A stretch of DNA of 63,714 bases from the NCBI GenBank assembly GCA_021787035.1, contig JAJYMM010000097.1, positions 1 through 63,714 of the forward strand, written 5' to 3'. The number at the start of each line of letters is the position of its first letter. Position 1 is the stretch's first letter. Source of the stretch: Actinomycetes bacterium (GTDB lineage: Bacteria > Actinomycetota > Acidimicrobiia > Acidimicrobiales > Palsa-688). The position numbers and the translations under genes were made by a program. Below are positions 19,244-27,618 of the stretch, in pieces. The notes under the pieces were generated by a model. It ran no database searches. It saw nothing but the letters and a program-made list of their open reading frames with translations, and was not told where the DNA came from.

Positions 19244-19849
19244 GTGGAGAGTGGGCTTGTGAACCGCTGGCGTCGTCTCCTCGCAACAATTCTCACGGCC
19301 GCGGTCGCTGCCGGGTCCCTCGCAGGCTGCGGGGTCGGCGGACAGGGCCCACCTCGCGCGCTCGGGCGTGATTCGGTGCCCTACGGGCTGCTCGCCAGAC
19401 GGGCCAACAGGAGGGGCACCGTGCCGCGCTTCGGGTCGGTCAGGGTCACGTTGTGGCTGGAGGGCGCCAACCAGCAGCTCTCTCCCGTCAGCGCGTATGT
19501 CGCCTGGCCGGCGACGATAGGCGGCCTCCTGAACGCCCTCGCCCAAGGGCCCACCGAACGCCAGTCCGAACAAGGCCTCGTGAGCCCGGCCTCTTCGTTC
19601 GGGCCCCTCTCGAGCAGGTCCATGCGACGAGGGGTCGTACCGGTCGAGCTCCCCGCCTCCTTCGAAAACCTGAGTGGCGGGGACCAGCTCATTGCGGCGG
19701 CGCAGATCGTCTATACCGTGACGGGCTTCCCGGGGGTGCATGGCGTGACGTTTTTCCTGGCAGGCCGGCGAGCCCACGTCCCAAACGCCGTCGGCAAGCT
19801 CCTTGCTGGCCCCCTTACGCGAAAAGACTATTCATCGCTCGCCGGCTGA
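19244..19849 (+). CDS. GerMN-domain lipoprotein (LpqB N-terminal-like, short)
   Basis: Lipobox LAGC. The GerMN pattern is present (ALE.LL.GP...E...G..S..P...VDLS..F...QIVYTVTGFPGV..V.F...G). It is 201 aa, where canonical LpqB is ~580 aa. Confidence 0.65.
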   Translation: MESGLVNRWRRLLATILTAAVAAGSLAGCGVGGQGPPRALGRDSVPYGLLARRANRRGTVPRFGSVRVTLWLEGANQQLSPVSAYVAWPATIGGLLNALAQGPTERQSEQGLVSPASSFGPLSSRSMRRGVVPVELPASFENLSGGDQLIAAAQIVYTVTGFPGVHGVTFFLAGRRAHVPNAVGKLLAGPLTRKDYSSLAG

Positions 19850-20060
19850 GCCGGGGGCATCACAAAGCTGTTACAAAACTGTTGCGCGCCCCTCACAGAT
19901 TTGTGGCCGCCGCTGCTTAGGTTTCCCCATAGACGCCGGTAACGCCCCTTTTGGGCCGCGTAGTCAAATTGTCCCTCCAACTTCCTGGGGCGTAGCCAGC
20001 GCCGCAAGGCAAAACGGCTCGCAGGAGACAGAGCCCGCAGGAGACAAGGAGAGGACGGCA

Positions 20061-20777
20061 ATGTTTGTGATTGGCGCAGGGCTGCCGCGGACAGCCACCC
20101 TTACCCAAAAAATCGCACTCGAACAGCTCGGTTTCGGTCCCTGCTACCACATGGTGGAGGTGCTGGGCGACCTGAGCCGCGCCGAGCAATGGCGGGAGGC
20201 ACTCGAGGGTGACAGCAACTGGGATAAGGTCCTCCCGGGGTACAAGGCGACAGTCGACTGGCCCGGTGCCTTCTTCTACCAGGAGCTCATGGAGGCGTTC
20301 CCCGAGGCCAAGGTGCTCCTGTCCGTCAGGGACGGAGAGGCCTGGGAGCGCAGCATGGGCGAGACGATCTGGGGGATCTTCTACGGCGACACGGTGGCCC
20401 GCCACCTTTCGGACGCGAGGGCCCTGGTCGACGAGGGCTGGGCCTCCTACATGTCCCTCATGAAGGAAATGTGGGTGAAGAGCGGGCTTATGACAAGTGA
20501 GGTAGACGAGCCCGGCACCGGCTCGATGGCGCGTGCCATGGAGCGTTACAACGAAGAGGTGAAGGCCAGCGTGCCGCCCGAGCGCTTGCTTGTCTGGAAC
20601 CCGGCCGATGGGTGGGGGCCCCTCTGCGAGTTCCTCGAAGTCCCCGTACCGGTAACGCCCCTGCCTCACGTCAACGATTCGAAGTCCTTCGGGGTCATGC
20701 TTTCAGACGCAGCGCTCCGGGCCTTGAACACCTGGCGCGACAGCCAGGATTTCAGCACACTCGCCGCCCACCCGTGA
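20061..20777 (+). CDS. PAPS-dependent sulfotransferase (Sulfotransfer_4-like)
   Basis: 5'-PSB loop GLPRTAT and 3'-PB R-x7-S (RDGEAWERS). A strong AAGGAGAGG SD precedes the ATG at 20061. It is 238 aa and predicted cytoplasmic. Confidence 0.7.
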   Translation: MFVIGAGLPRTATLTQKIALEQLGFGPCYHMVEVLGDLSRAEQWREALEGDSNWDKVLPGYKATVDWPGAFFYQELMEAFPEAKVLLSVRDGEAWERSMGETIWGIFYGDTVARHLSDARALVDEGWASYMSLMKEMWVKSGLMTSEVDEPGTGSMARAMERYNEEVKASVPPERLLVWNPADGWGPLCEFLEVPVPVTPLPHVNDSKSFGVMLSDAALRALNTWRDSQDFSTLAAHP

Positions 20778-20881
20778 GCCTCGTAGGGGCAGCTCGGCCC
20801 CCAAGAAGCAAGGACAACCCCAACGCGAGCCCAGAGGCCGCTCCGGTCCCCCTTGGCGCGGGGGAGGGTAGTGGCAGCCAG

Positions 20882-23842
20882 GTCACTCGTCATGGCTGGT
20901 TGCTCGCGGTCTGTTGCATCGCGCAGTTCATGGTCATCTTGGACCTTTCGATCGTCAACGTTGCCCTGCCCTCCATCCAGTCGGCACTAGGTTTCTCGAG
21001 CACCCAGCTTCAGTGGGTCGTCGATGCTTACGCCATCGTCTTCGCCGGCTTTTTGATGCTGGGGGCTCGGGCAGCCGACCGATTCGGGCAACGACGGACC
21101 TTCGTCGTCTCGCTCGCTCTCTTCTCGTTCACGTCTTTGGCTGGCGGCCTCTCGCCAACTAGCGAGATGTTGATCGCGGCGCGCGCTTTCCAGGGCCTCT
21201 CGGGCGCACTGATGGCCGCCACCTCCCTCGCCATCATCACGGCCTCCTTCCCCGCCGGTCCCGCCCGCCACCGTGCGATCGGGTTGTGGGGTGCGATGAA
21301 CGGGGCGGGGGGCGCCGCTGGCACTCTCCTCGGAGGCATATTGACCCAAGAGCTCTCTTGGCGCTGGGTCTTGCTGATCAACCCGCCGATCGGCATCGCG
21401 GCGGCCTTGGTCGCCTACCGCGTGGTGGCCGAGCGAAAAAAGCAACGGGACCTTCCCCGTTTCGACCTGGCCGGGGCCCTCACAATGACGCTCGGCACGC
21501 TCGTGGTTGTGTACGGGATCGTCGAAACCGGCGTCGTTGGTTGGTCGTCACCCGGCGCCGTCGTCCCGATCGTGCTCGGCGTCGTGCTGCTCTCAATTTT
21601 CTGCCTCGTGGAAGCGCGTTTCGCAGTCGCTCCCCTGGTGCCTTTCCGTGAGCTGACAGGCCCGATGAAGCTGGCCAATGTCATCGTCTTGTTGTTCAGC
21701 GCGTGCTTGTTCCCAATGTGGTACGTCGGCTCGCTCTACATGCAACAAGTCCTCGGCTTGTCGCCCTTGGCCACTGGCTTCGCCTTCCTCCCCCTGACCG
21801 TCGTGATCATGGTGGTCGCCTCGCGCGCGGGGAAGCTCGTGGGCCGCTATGGCGTGCGGGCGGTGATGGGGAGCGGCCTGGTCCTGCTGGCTGCGGGCAT
21901 GTTGCTATTTGCCCGCATCGGCTCGACCGGTAGCGCCTGGGGCTACATCGTGCTCCCCGGCCTGCTCGTCGCCGCCGGCATCGCCCTGTCCGTCGTCCCC
22001 TCCACGATCTTCGCCACCCAGGTCGCCGGCCCTGCGCAAGCCGGGCTCGCGTCGGGCCTCGTAAACACGTCCCGCCAAGCCGGCGGAGGCCTCGGGCTTG
22101 CCATCTTGATCACTCTCGCCAGCCGGTCCACGAGCGCCGCCATCGGCCGCGGGACCTCAGCGCCCGTAGCACTCACTGACGGTTTCCGCCTCGCCTACCT
22201 AATCGGGGCCGGCCTAGTCGTTACGGCCGCGGCAGTCACCTTTGCCCTGGTCCACCCCCTCGCCTCGGCAGGAGGCACGGGCGGCCCGCGCCGGCACCGA
22301 CCCCTCGCGATGGCTTCCAACCCACAGTGGCGGTTCGCGTCCGTTATAGCCGCCGTGCTCATCGTCTTCGGAGCCCTCGACTTCAGCCTGGCGGGAGCGA
22401 AGGCAAGCCCGATCGGCGCTTACACGACCAAGGGTTCCTATAGCTTTGTCTCGGCCCCGGGCCTCCATCCCCCGAAGATCTCCGCCGGCGCGCCCACAAA
22501 GCTGGCAAGCCTTGCGCCCGGCTACATCATGCTCGCCAACTTTTACGACCTCACTACAAAGCCGATGCAGGGCCAGAGCGGCCCCCTCATCCTCGACAAC
22601 AACCTCCAGCCGGTGTGGTTCCGGCCGGTACCGACCGACGTTGTAGCTACCAACCTGGAGACCCAGACCTTCCAAGGCAAGCCAGCGCTCTCATGGTGGC
22701 AGGGCGTCGTGAGCAATACGGGCCAGACCGAGAGCGGCGAAGACGTCATCGTGAACGACCACTACCAGACGGTCGCCACCCTGAAGGGCCAAGGCGGTTG
22801 GGTCATAACCATGCACGAGCTCGTCATACAAGGCGACCACGCCTGGGTGACGGCCGAAAAGGATGTCCCGATGAACCTGTCGAAGTACGGCGGGACTTCC
22901 GACGGCGTGCTCGACGACGCCGCCATCCAGGAGTACAGCCTCTCCACAGGCAAGCTGCTCTACACCTGGGACGCCCTTCACCACGTCCCCCTCACCGCCT
23001 CCCATGCCCAGGCACCCGCCAACGGCTTTCCCTGGGACGCCTACCACATAAACTCCCTCGAGCTCCTGGGCAATGCCACGATGCTGGTGTCCATGCGAAA
23101 TACCTGGGCCGCCTATTTGGTGGACCAAAAGACCGGCGTCATCGACTGGGAGCTCGGCGGCAAAAACTCTAGTTTCCAAATCCCTGGCGCTGCCTCGTTC
23201 GAATGGCAACACGACGTCAGGCTGCGCTCTAACGGCGTCGTCACGATGTTTAACGACAACTGCTGCCAGATCACCGGCGCGGGCACGTACCTGGCCCCGG
23301 CGGGGCCGTCTGCCGGCCTAGAGCTGCAGTTGAACATGAAGTCACACACGGTGTCGATGCTCGCCCGCTACCAACAGCTCGACAAGCTCTCCGCCGCGTA
23401 CATGGGAGACATGGAGCCCTTGCCCAACGGCAATGTCTTCGTCGGGTGGGGTTCTCAGCCGTATTTCTCCGAGTACACGAAGTCCGGCAAGCTCTTGCTC
23501 GAAGGCACCCTACCCGGTCCAGACCTCTCTTACCGCGCTTTGCTCAAACCATGGGTAGGACTTCCCCTGTACCCACCGAGCGGTGCGGCCCGCTCCGTCA
23601 CAGGCGCTACAGATGTCTATGCGAGCTGGAACGGTGCCACCCAATTGGCCTCCTGGCGACTCTTGGCAGGGAAAGGCGCTGCGCCCCTCCATGAGGTGTC
23701 GAGCGCCCCCAAGCGCGGGTTCGAAACCGAGCTCAAACTGAAGGGCACCTACAACGTGTTCAAGCTCCAGGCGCTCGATTCCGCAGGGCACGTGATCGCA
23801 ACATCGAAGAGCTTCGGCGCCACGGCGAGTGTAAAGCCTTAG
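20882..23842 (+). CDS. DHA2-type MFS transporter (14 TMS) fused in-frame to an arylsulfotransferase(ASST)-like beta-propeller
   Basis: Continuous ORF 20612..23842. It contains an MFS domain (~20882-22300), then an internal Sec-signal-like segment (MASNPQWRFASVIAAVLIVFGALDFSLAGA from the ATG at 22310), then a ~480-aa domain. That domain shares the motifs GPLILD..PVWF, YQGKP.L.WWQG, FHINS, WQHD, GWG.QPYFSE and ASWNGAT with the two downstream paralogs. Confidence 0.65.
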   Translation, partial: VTRHGWLLAVCCIAQFMVILDLSIVNVALPSIQSALGFSSTQLQWVVDAYAIVFAGFLMLGARAADRFGQRRTFVVSLALFSFTSLAGGLSPTSEMLIAARAFQGLSGALMAATSLAIITASFPAGPARHRAIGLWGAMNGAGGAAGTLLGGILTQELSWRWVLLINPPIGIAAALVAYRVVAERKKQRDLPRFDLAGALTMTLGTLVVVYGIVETGVVGWSSPGAVVPIVLGVVLLSIFCLVEARFAVAPLVPFRELTGPMKLANVIVLLFSACLFPMWYVGSLYMQQVLGLSPLATGFAFLPLTVVIMVVASRAGKLVGRYGVRAVMGSGLVLLAAGMLLFARIGSTGSAWGYIVLPGLLVAAGIALSVVPSTIFATQVAGPAQAGLASGLVNTSRQAGGGLGLAILITLASRSTSAAIGRGTSAPVALTDGFRLAYLIGAGLVVTAAAVTFALVHPLASAGGTGGPRRHRPLAMASNPQWRFASVIAAVLIVFGALDFSLAGAKASPIGAYTTKGSYSFVSAPGLHPPKISAGAPTKLASLAPGYIMLANFYDLTTKPMQGQSGPLILDNNLQPVWFRPVPTDVVATNLETQTFQGKPALSWWQGVVSNTGQTESGEDVIVNDHYQTVATLKGQGGWVITMHELVIQGDHAWVTAEKDVPMNLSKYGGTSDGVLDDAAIQEYSLSTGKLLYTWDALHHVPLTASHAQAPANGFPWDAYHINSLELLGNATMLVSMRNTWAAYLVDQKTGVIDWELGGKNSSFQIPGAASFEWQHDVRLRSNGVVTMFNDNCCQITGAGTYLAPAGPSAGLELQLNMKSHTVSMLARYQQLDKLSAAYMGDMEPLPNGNVFVGWGSQPYFSEYTKSGKLLLEGTLPGPDLSYRALLKPWVGLPLYPPSGAARSVTGATDVYASWNGATQLASWRLLAGKGAAPLHEVSSAPKRGFETELKLKGTYNVFKLQALDSAGHVIATSKSFGATASVKP

Positions 23843-23878
23843 CGAGCTGGCAAGTAGTCCGGTACGTGGGGGGCGCCC

Positions 23879-24026
23879 GCACCTCCTGCGCCAATCCCCC
23901 TGCGCAATCCCCCTGCGCAATCCTCCGGCGCCCCCAACGGCGGCCCCCTTTAGGCTCACCCCAGGTATCTTGATGGGCCCAGCTCAAATCACCGCCAGCT
24001 CAGAGCACCGCCAGCTCAGAGCACCG
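23879..24026. repeat. two short tandem arrays (about 13-14 bp x3 at 23884-23925; 16 bp x2.5 at 23984-24026)
   Basis: Direct reading of CTGCGCAATCCCCC-type units and CACCGCCAGCTCAGAG units. Confidence 0.8.
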
Positions 24027-24182
24027 CTAGTAGCCCGGTGCCCTCGTCGTAGTCGTGTGACCGCTGCCGCTACCCGAACCACCACAAGCGGCCGTCGCAG
24101 ACGCAAGGGTCGCTAGGGCCAACCCGGCCACTAGCCAGCGCCCCAGCCTCCGCAAAAGGCCACGTACCATAAAGCTCGTCAT
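24027..24182 (-). CDS. small Gly/Ser/Thr-rich lipoprotein (51 aa), not in the ORF track
   Basis: The ATG at 24182 is preceded by GAGGAG. The peptide is MTSFMVRGLLRRLGRWLVAGLALATLASATAACGGSGSGSGHTTTTRAPGY. Signal peptide plus lipobox-like AAC. Confidence 0.35.
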   Translation of the reverse strand: MTSFMVRGLLRRLGRWLVAGLALATLASATAACGGSGSGSGHTTTTRAPGY

Positions 24183-24275
24183 GATCACTCCTCGAAAACC
24201 GCCATGGCTATGACCTAAAATCTACACCGCAGACCCCAACTTGCCCAGGCAGGTGCGCCCCGGTCGAGCCCCGCC

Positions 24276-25940
24276 TCAAGTCCCAGCTAAAGGGCGGCTC
24301 TTTAGCGCTTCTGACCGTCGCAGCACCCTGCCGTCCGGCCCGATTGCTGCCACCGCAAACCACGGCCCCGTGGCATTTACCGCGATGGCCGTCTCGAACC
24401 CCGCCCAGTCTCCCCCGCCAACGGGCTGGAGCGAAGTGGGCTCCTTGCCAGCTAGGACCACCCAACGCCGCACCTCGGTCGCACCGTTCCAGCTAGCGAA
24501 AACTTGCTTGCCGTTAGCCGGGTTGTCCAGCGCAACGGCAACGGGAGGCTCCCTAGGCGTGGCGTGCCAATCCGAAGTGAACGCCCGGTACGAGTGGTAG
24601 CCAAAGGGCATCTGCCCCTCGAGCAACAGCGCTCCTCCCGGTGCGAACTCGGAGAAGTACGGCTGGTTCCCCCAGCCTACGAACACTCGGCCGTCGGCCA
24701 GCAGCTGCACGTTGCCCTGGTTGCCGCTAAGGAAGCGAGCCGGGTTTAGGTAAGCCTTACGCAGGCTTACATGCATTGCCTTGGTGTCCACACCTAGTAT
24801 GAGCCCGCGCGACTGGCGCTCCTCCGGCGGCCAGGCGCCGTCGTCGAAGACGGTGATCACGTCTGGGCCGTGAGGCCGCGCATCGTGCTGCCAGTAGAAG
24901 TGCGCGCCTCGGCCGATACTGAAATCGGATTTTTTGCCACCGAGCCGCCAAACGACCTTGCCCGTGCTACGGTCCACTTTGTACAAGGCCCATGTGCCCA
25001 GGGACGAGATCAGCAAGTCCCCGTCGGGCATCTCGGCAATAGAGTTGATGTGGAAGTAGTCGTACTCGTCGCCTGGCGGGCCGATCTTCGTGTAGCTCTC
25101 TTCGATCCCGACATGCTTCAAGCTGTCCCAATCAAAGAGCACCTTGCCAGTCGCGATGTCGATCTCCTGCGCGTGCCCGACGATGAGCTTTCCCTTGGGT
25201 TTGCCTCCAACTGAAGAAAGATCGGCCTCCACCGCCTGGTACGCGGTGACCAGCGCGGTACCTGCCGACGTGAGCTCGAGCTCGTGAAGGTCGGCCTTCA
25301 GGCCGTCACCCGCTTGGATCTGCTGGATTCCTTGGTAACTGCTGCCCACCATCTCGCCCACACCCACGCCGTAGTCATAAACCACCTGGCCCTGCCACCA
25401 GGTGAGCACCGGCTTACCTTGATAGGACTGGACTTGCAGGTCGAAGGGTTGGGGGCCCATTGGCTGGAACCAAACGGTCCGGCCGCTCCGGTCAACGAGC
25501 ATGAGCCCATGCTGGCCGTCTGTGCCCGAGAGATATGTCCGGGGAGAAAGGACGATGTAGCTGGGCGACGAGGGAGACGCGCCATGGGCCGTCACGCTCA
25601 CCTTGGGAGGGCGCAAGTCGGGGCGCGTGATGAAGGACTCGACCTGCCCGCGCATGACGAGATCCGGGCTGATCTCCGAAGGGCCGTTTTGTGGCCTAGT
25701 TGCGCGGCCCTTAGCCGGGCTCCTGGGCCATTCGTAGCCCACAACGCCACCGACGCCCGCCAATATCAGGCCTCCTGCCGCACCTGCTGCACCGAGAAGC
25801 ACCTTGCGGCGAGAAAATCTCGGCGCGCCGCCAGCTCTCGGTCCGCGATCGGCGCCCGAGTCGCCCCACTCGTCGCCGCCTGCACCAGCATCTGTCCGTG
25901 GGCTCCCGACAAGATCCCTGTACTTGCCTTCTGTTTCCAC
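24276..25940 (-). CDS. TAT-secreted arylsulfotransferase(ASST)-like beta-propeller protein, paralog 2
   Basis: TAT-like SRRKVLLGAAGAAG. Shares the family motifs YQGKPVLTWWQG, DYFHINS, WQHDA, GWGNQPYFSEF and ASWNGATEV. Confidence 0.7.
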   Translation of the reverse strand: METEGKYRDLVGSPRTDAGAGGDEWGDSGADRGPRAGGAPRFSRRKVLLGAAGAAGGLILAGVGGVVGYEWPRSPAKGRATRPQNGPSEISPDLVMRGQVESFITRPDLRPPKVSVTAHGASPSSPSYIVLSPRTYLSGTDGQHGLMLVDRSGRTVWFQPMGPQPFDLQVQSYQGKPVLTWWQGQVVYDYGVGVGEMVGSSYQGIQQIQAGDGLKADLHELELTSAGTALVTAYQAVEADLSSVGGKPKGKLIVGHAQEIDIATGKVLFDWDSLKHVGIEESYTKIGPPGDEYDYFHINSIAEMPDGDLLISSLGTWALYKVDRSTGKVVWRLGGKKSDFSIGRGAHFYWQHDARPHGPDVITVFDDGAWPPEERQSRGLILGVDTKAMHVSLRKAYLNPARFLSGNQGNVQLLADGRVFVGWGNQPYFSEFAPGGALLLEGQMPFGYHSYRAFTSDWHATPREPPVAVALDNPANGKQVFASWNGATEVRRWVVLAGKEPTSLQPVGGGDWAGFETAIAVNATGPWFAVAAIGPDGRVLRRSEALKSRPLAGT

Positions 25941-25987
25941 CTGGCATAAGCTTACTTGGCATGAACTGCGTAGCGGCGCGTGCGTTT

Positions 25988-26004
25988 ATGCCAGATCGTG
26001 GCAT
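25988..26004. promoter_or_regulatory. 17-bp perfect palindrome ATGCCAGATCGTGGCAT in the divergent promoter between ASST paralogs 2 and 3; flanking TGGCAT direct repeats at 25942 and 25956
   Basis: Direct reading. It lies in a 91-bp divergent intergenic region. Confidence 0.5.
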
Positions 26005-26031
26005 GAGTCATAGGCAGGGCGAAGACCGGTT

Positions 26032-27618
26032 GTGAGCGTCTCAGGTAACGGCCGCTCCGCCCTTTCCCGCCGAGATTTGTTCCGGCTCGCCGGCGGTGCC
26101 GCTGGAGCAGCAGGTCTGTTTGCGGCAGCGCGTTTTGCGCCCCCCATCCTCGGCGGCGACGAGCGACACCTGCCATCGCTCCCGAGCCTCGACCACGCCC
26201 CGACGCTCGAGAGCAAGGTAAATATCTCGATCAGCACCACTCCGGCAGGGCAGATCTTGCGATTCCGGAGCCGTCCCGACCTCCAACTGGCGTTGCCGCA
26301 GTTGTCCACCGAGCTTCCTGGACAGGACCCCGGCGCCATATTGACCGACACCCACGCGGGGCCAGGTGGCCAGGGGCCGCTCATCCTCGACAGTTCGGGA
26401 CGCCAACCCGTCTGGTTCAACCAGATCTCCTTAGACGCCGACCCCTCGAAGCGTGCGTTCAACCTCCGCCTTGGGCGCTACAAGGGACAGCCGGTGCTCA
26501 GCTGGTTCGAGGGGGCGGTCGTAAACGAGCACGGCGAGGGCCACTACGTCATTACAGACTCGTCCTATTCCACGGTGAAGACTGTCCAAGCCGGAAACGG
26601 TTATGTGGGCGACCTCCACGAGTTTTTCCTGACGCCGCAAGGCACTGCGTACTTCACGTGCTTCGGCTTGGGCCACGCAGACTTGCGCCCCTACGGAGGC
26701 AGCGCGAACGGCGATTTCTACTACGGGGTAGCGCAAGAGGTCGAGGTGGACACCGGCAAGGTCCTTTTCCAGTGGAGGAGCGACCAGCACGTCAGCTTCG
26801 ACGACTCGTACTGCACGCCAAAACAATACGGCACGGAACCCTGGGACTATTTCCACATAAATGCTATTTCGCAAGACGGCAATGGTGACCTCCTTATTTG
26901 TTCTCGCAATACCTCGACGATATACAAGGTCAGCCGTTCCACGGGTGAGATAATTTACCGGATCGGTGGCAAGCGGAGCGACTTTTCTTTTGCCCCGGGC
27001 GCTCAATTTGCGTGGCAGCACGACGCAACGGCGCAGCCCGACGGGACGATAACGGTCTTCGACAACGGCGCCGGCGTCGAGGTTACCCAACCCGAGTCCC
27101 GAGCCCTCGTGCTCAACCTAAATATGTCGTCTAAGACCGTCGAGCTGTTCCACCAGTACCCACACCCCGGCGGGGCGATCTTGGCCAATGCCCTCGGCAG
27201 CGTCCAATTGCTGGAGGGTGGCCACACGTTCATCGGTTGGGGCAACCGCGGATGGTTCAGCGAAGTCGGGCCGACAGGACAGACCCTCCTAAACGGGCGC
27301 CTTGCAGGCGATACCACGCTGTCGTACCGCGCGTTCCGTTCGCCGTGGACAGCCAAGCCGCCCGAACCACCGGACATCGCCGTAGAGGCCGCGAGCCAGA
27401 CCACGACCGTGTACGCGAGCTGGAACGGCGCCACAGAGGTGGACCGCTGGGCGGTACTCGGCGGCGCGGCCAAAAACAGCCTTTCGGTCCTCGGGGTTGC
27501 ACCCAAGGCAGGGTTCGAGACACAGATAACCGTGCCAGGACGGCCGGCTCACGTCGCCATAGCGGCCCTGGACGCCGCCAGCAACGAGCTCGGCCGCTCC
27601 GGGACCCTGAAGACCTAG
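26032..27618 (+). CDS. TAT-secreted arylsulfotransferase(ASST)-like beta-propeller protein, paralog 3
   Basis: Twin-arginine signal SRRDLFRLAGGAAGAAG and the same motif set (GPLILD..PVWF, YKGQPVLSWFEG, DYFHINAIS, WQHDA, GWGNRGWFSE, ASWNGATEV). Confidence 0.7.
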   Translation: MSVSGNGRSALSRRDLFRLAGGAAGAAGLFAAARFAPPILGGDERHLPSLPSLDHAPTLESKVNISISTTPAGQILRFRSRPDLQLALPQLSTELPGQDPGAILTDTHAGPGGQGPLILDSSGRQPVWFNQISLDADPSKRAFNLRLGRYKGQPVLSWFEGAVVNEHGEGHYVITDSSYSTVKTVQAGNGYVGDLHEFFLTPQGTAYFTCFGLGHADLRPYGGSANGDFYYGVAQEVEVDTGKVLFQWRSDQHVSFDDSYCTPKQYGTEPWDYFHINAISQDGNGDLLICSRNTSTIYKVSRSTGEIIYRIGGKRSDFSFAPGAQFAWQHDATAQPDGTITVFDNGAGVEVTQPESRALVLNLNMSSKTVELFHQYPHPGGAILANALGSVQLLEGGHTFIGWGNRGWFSEVGPTGQTLLNGRLAGDTTLSYRAFRSPWTAKPPEPPDIAVEAASQTTTVYASWNGATEVDRWAVLGGAAKNSLSVLGVAPKAGFETQITVPGRPAHVAIAALDAASNELGRSGTLKT

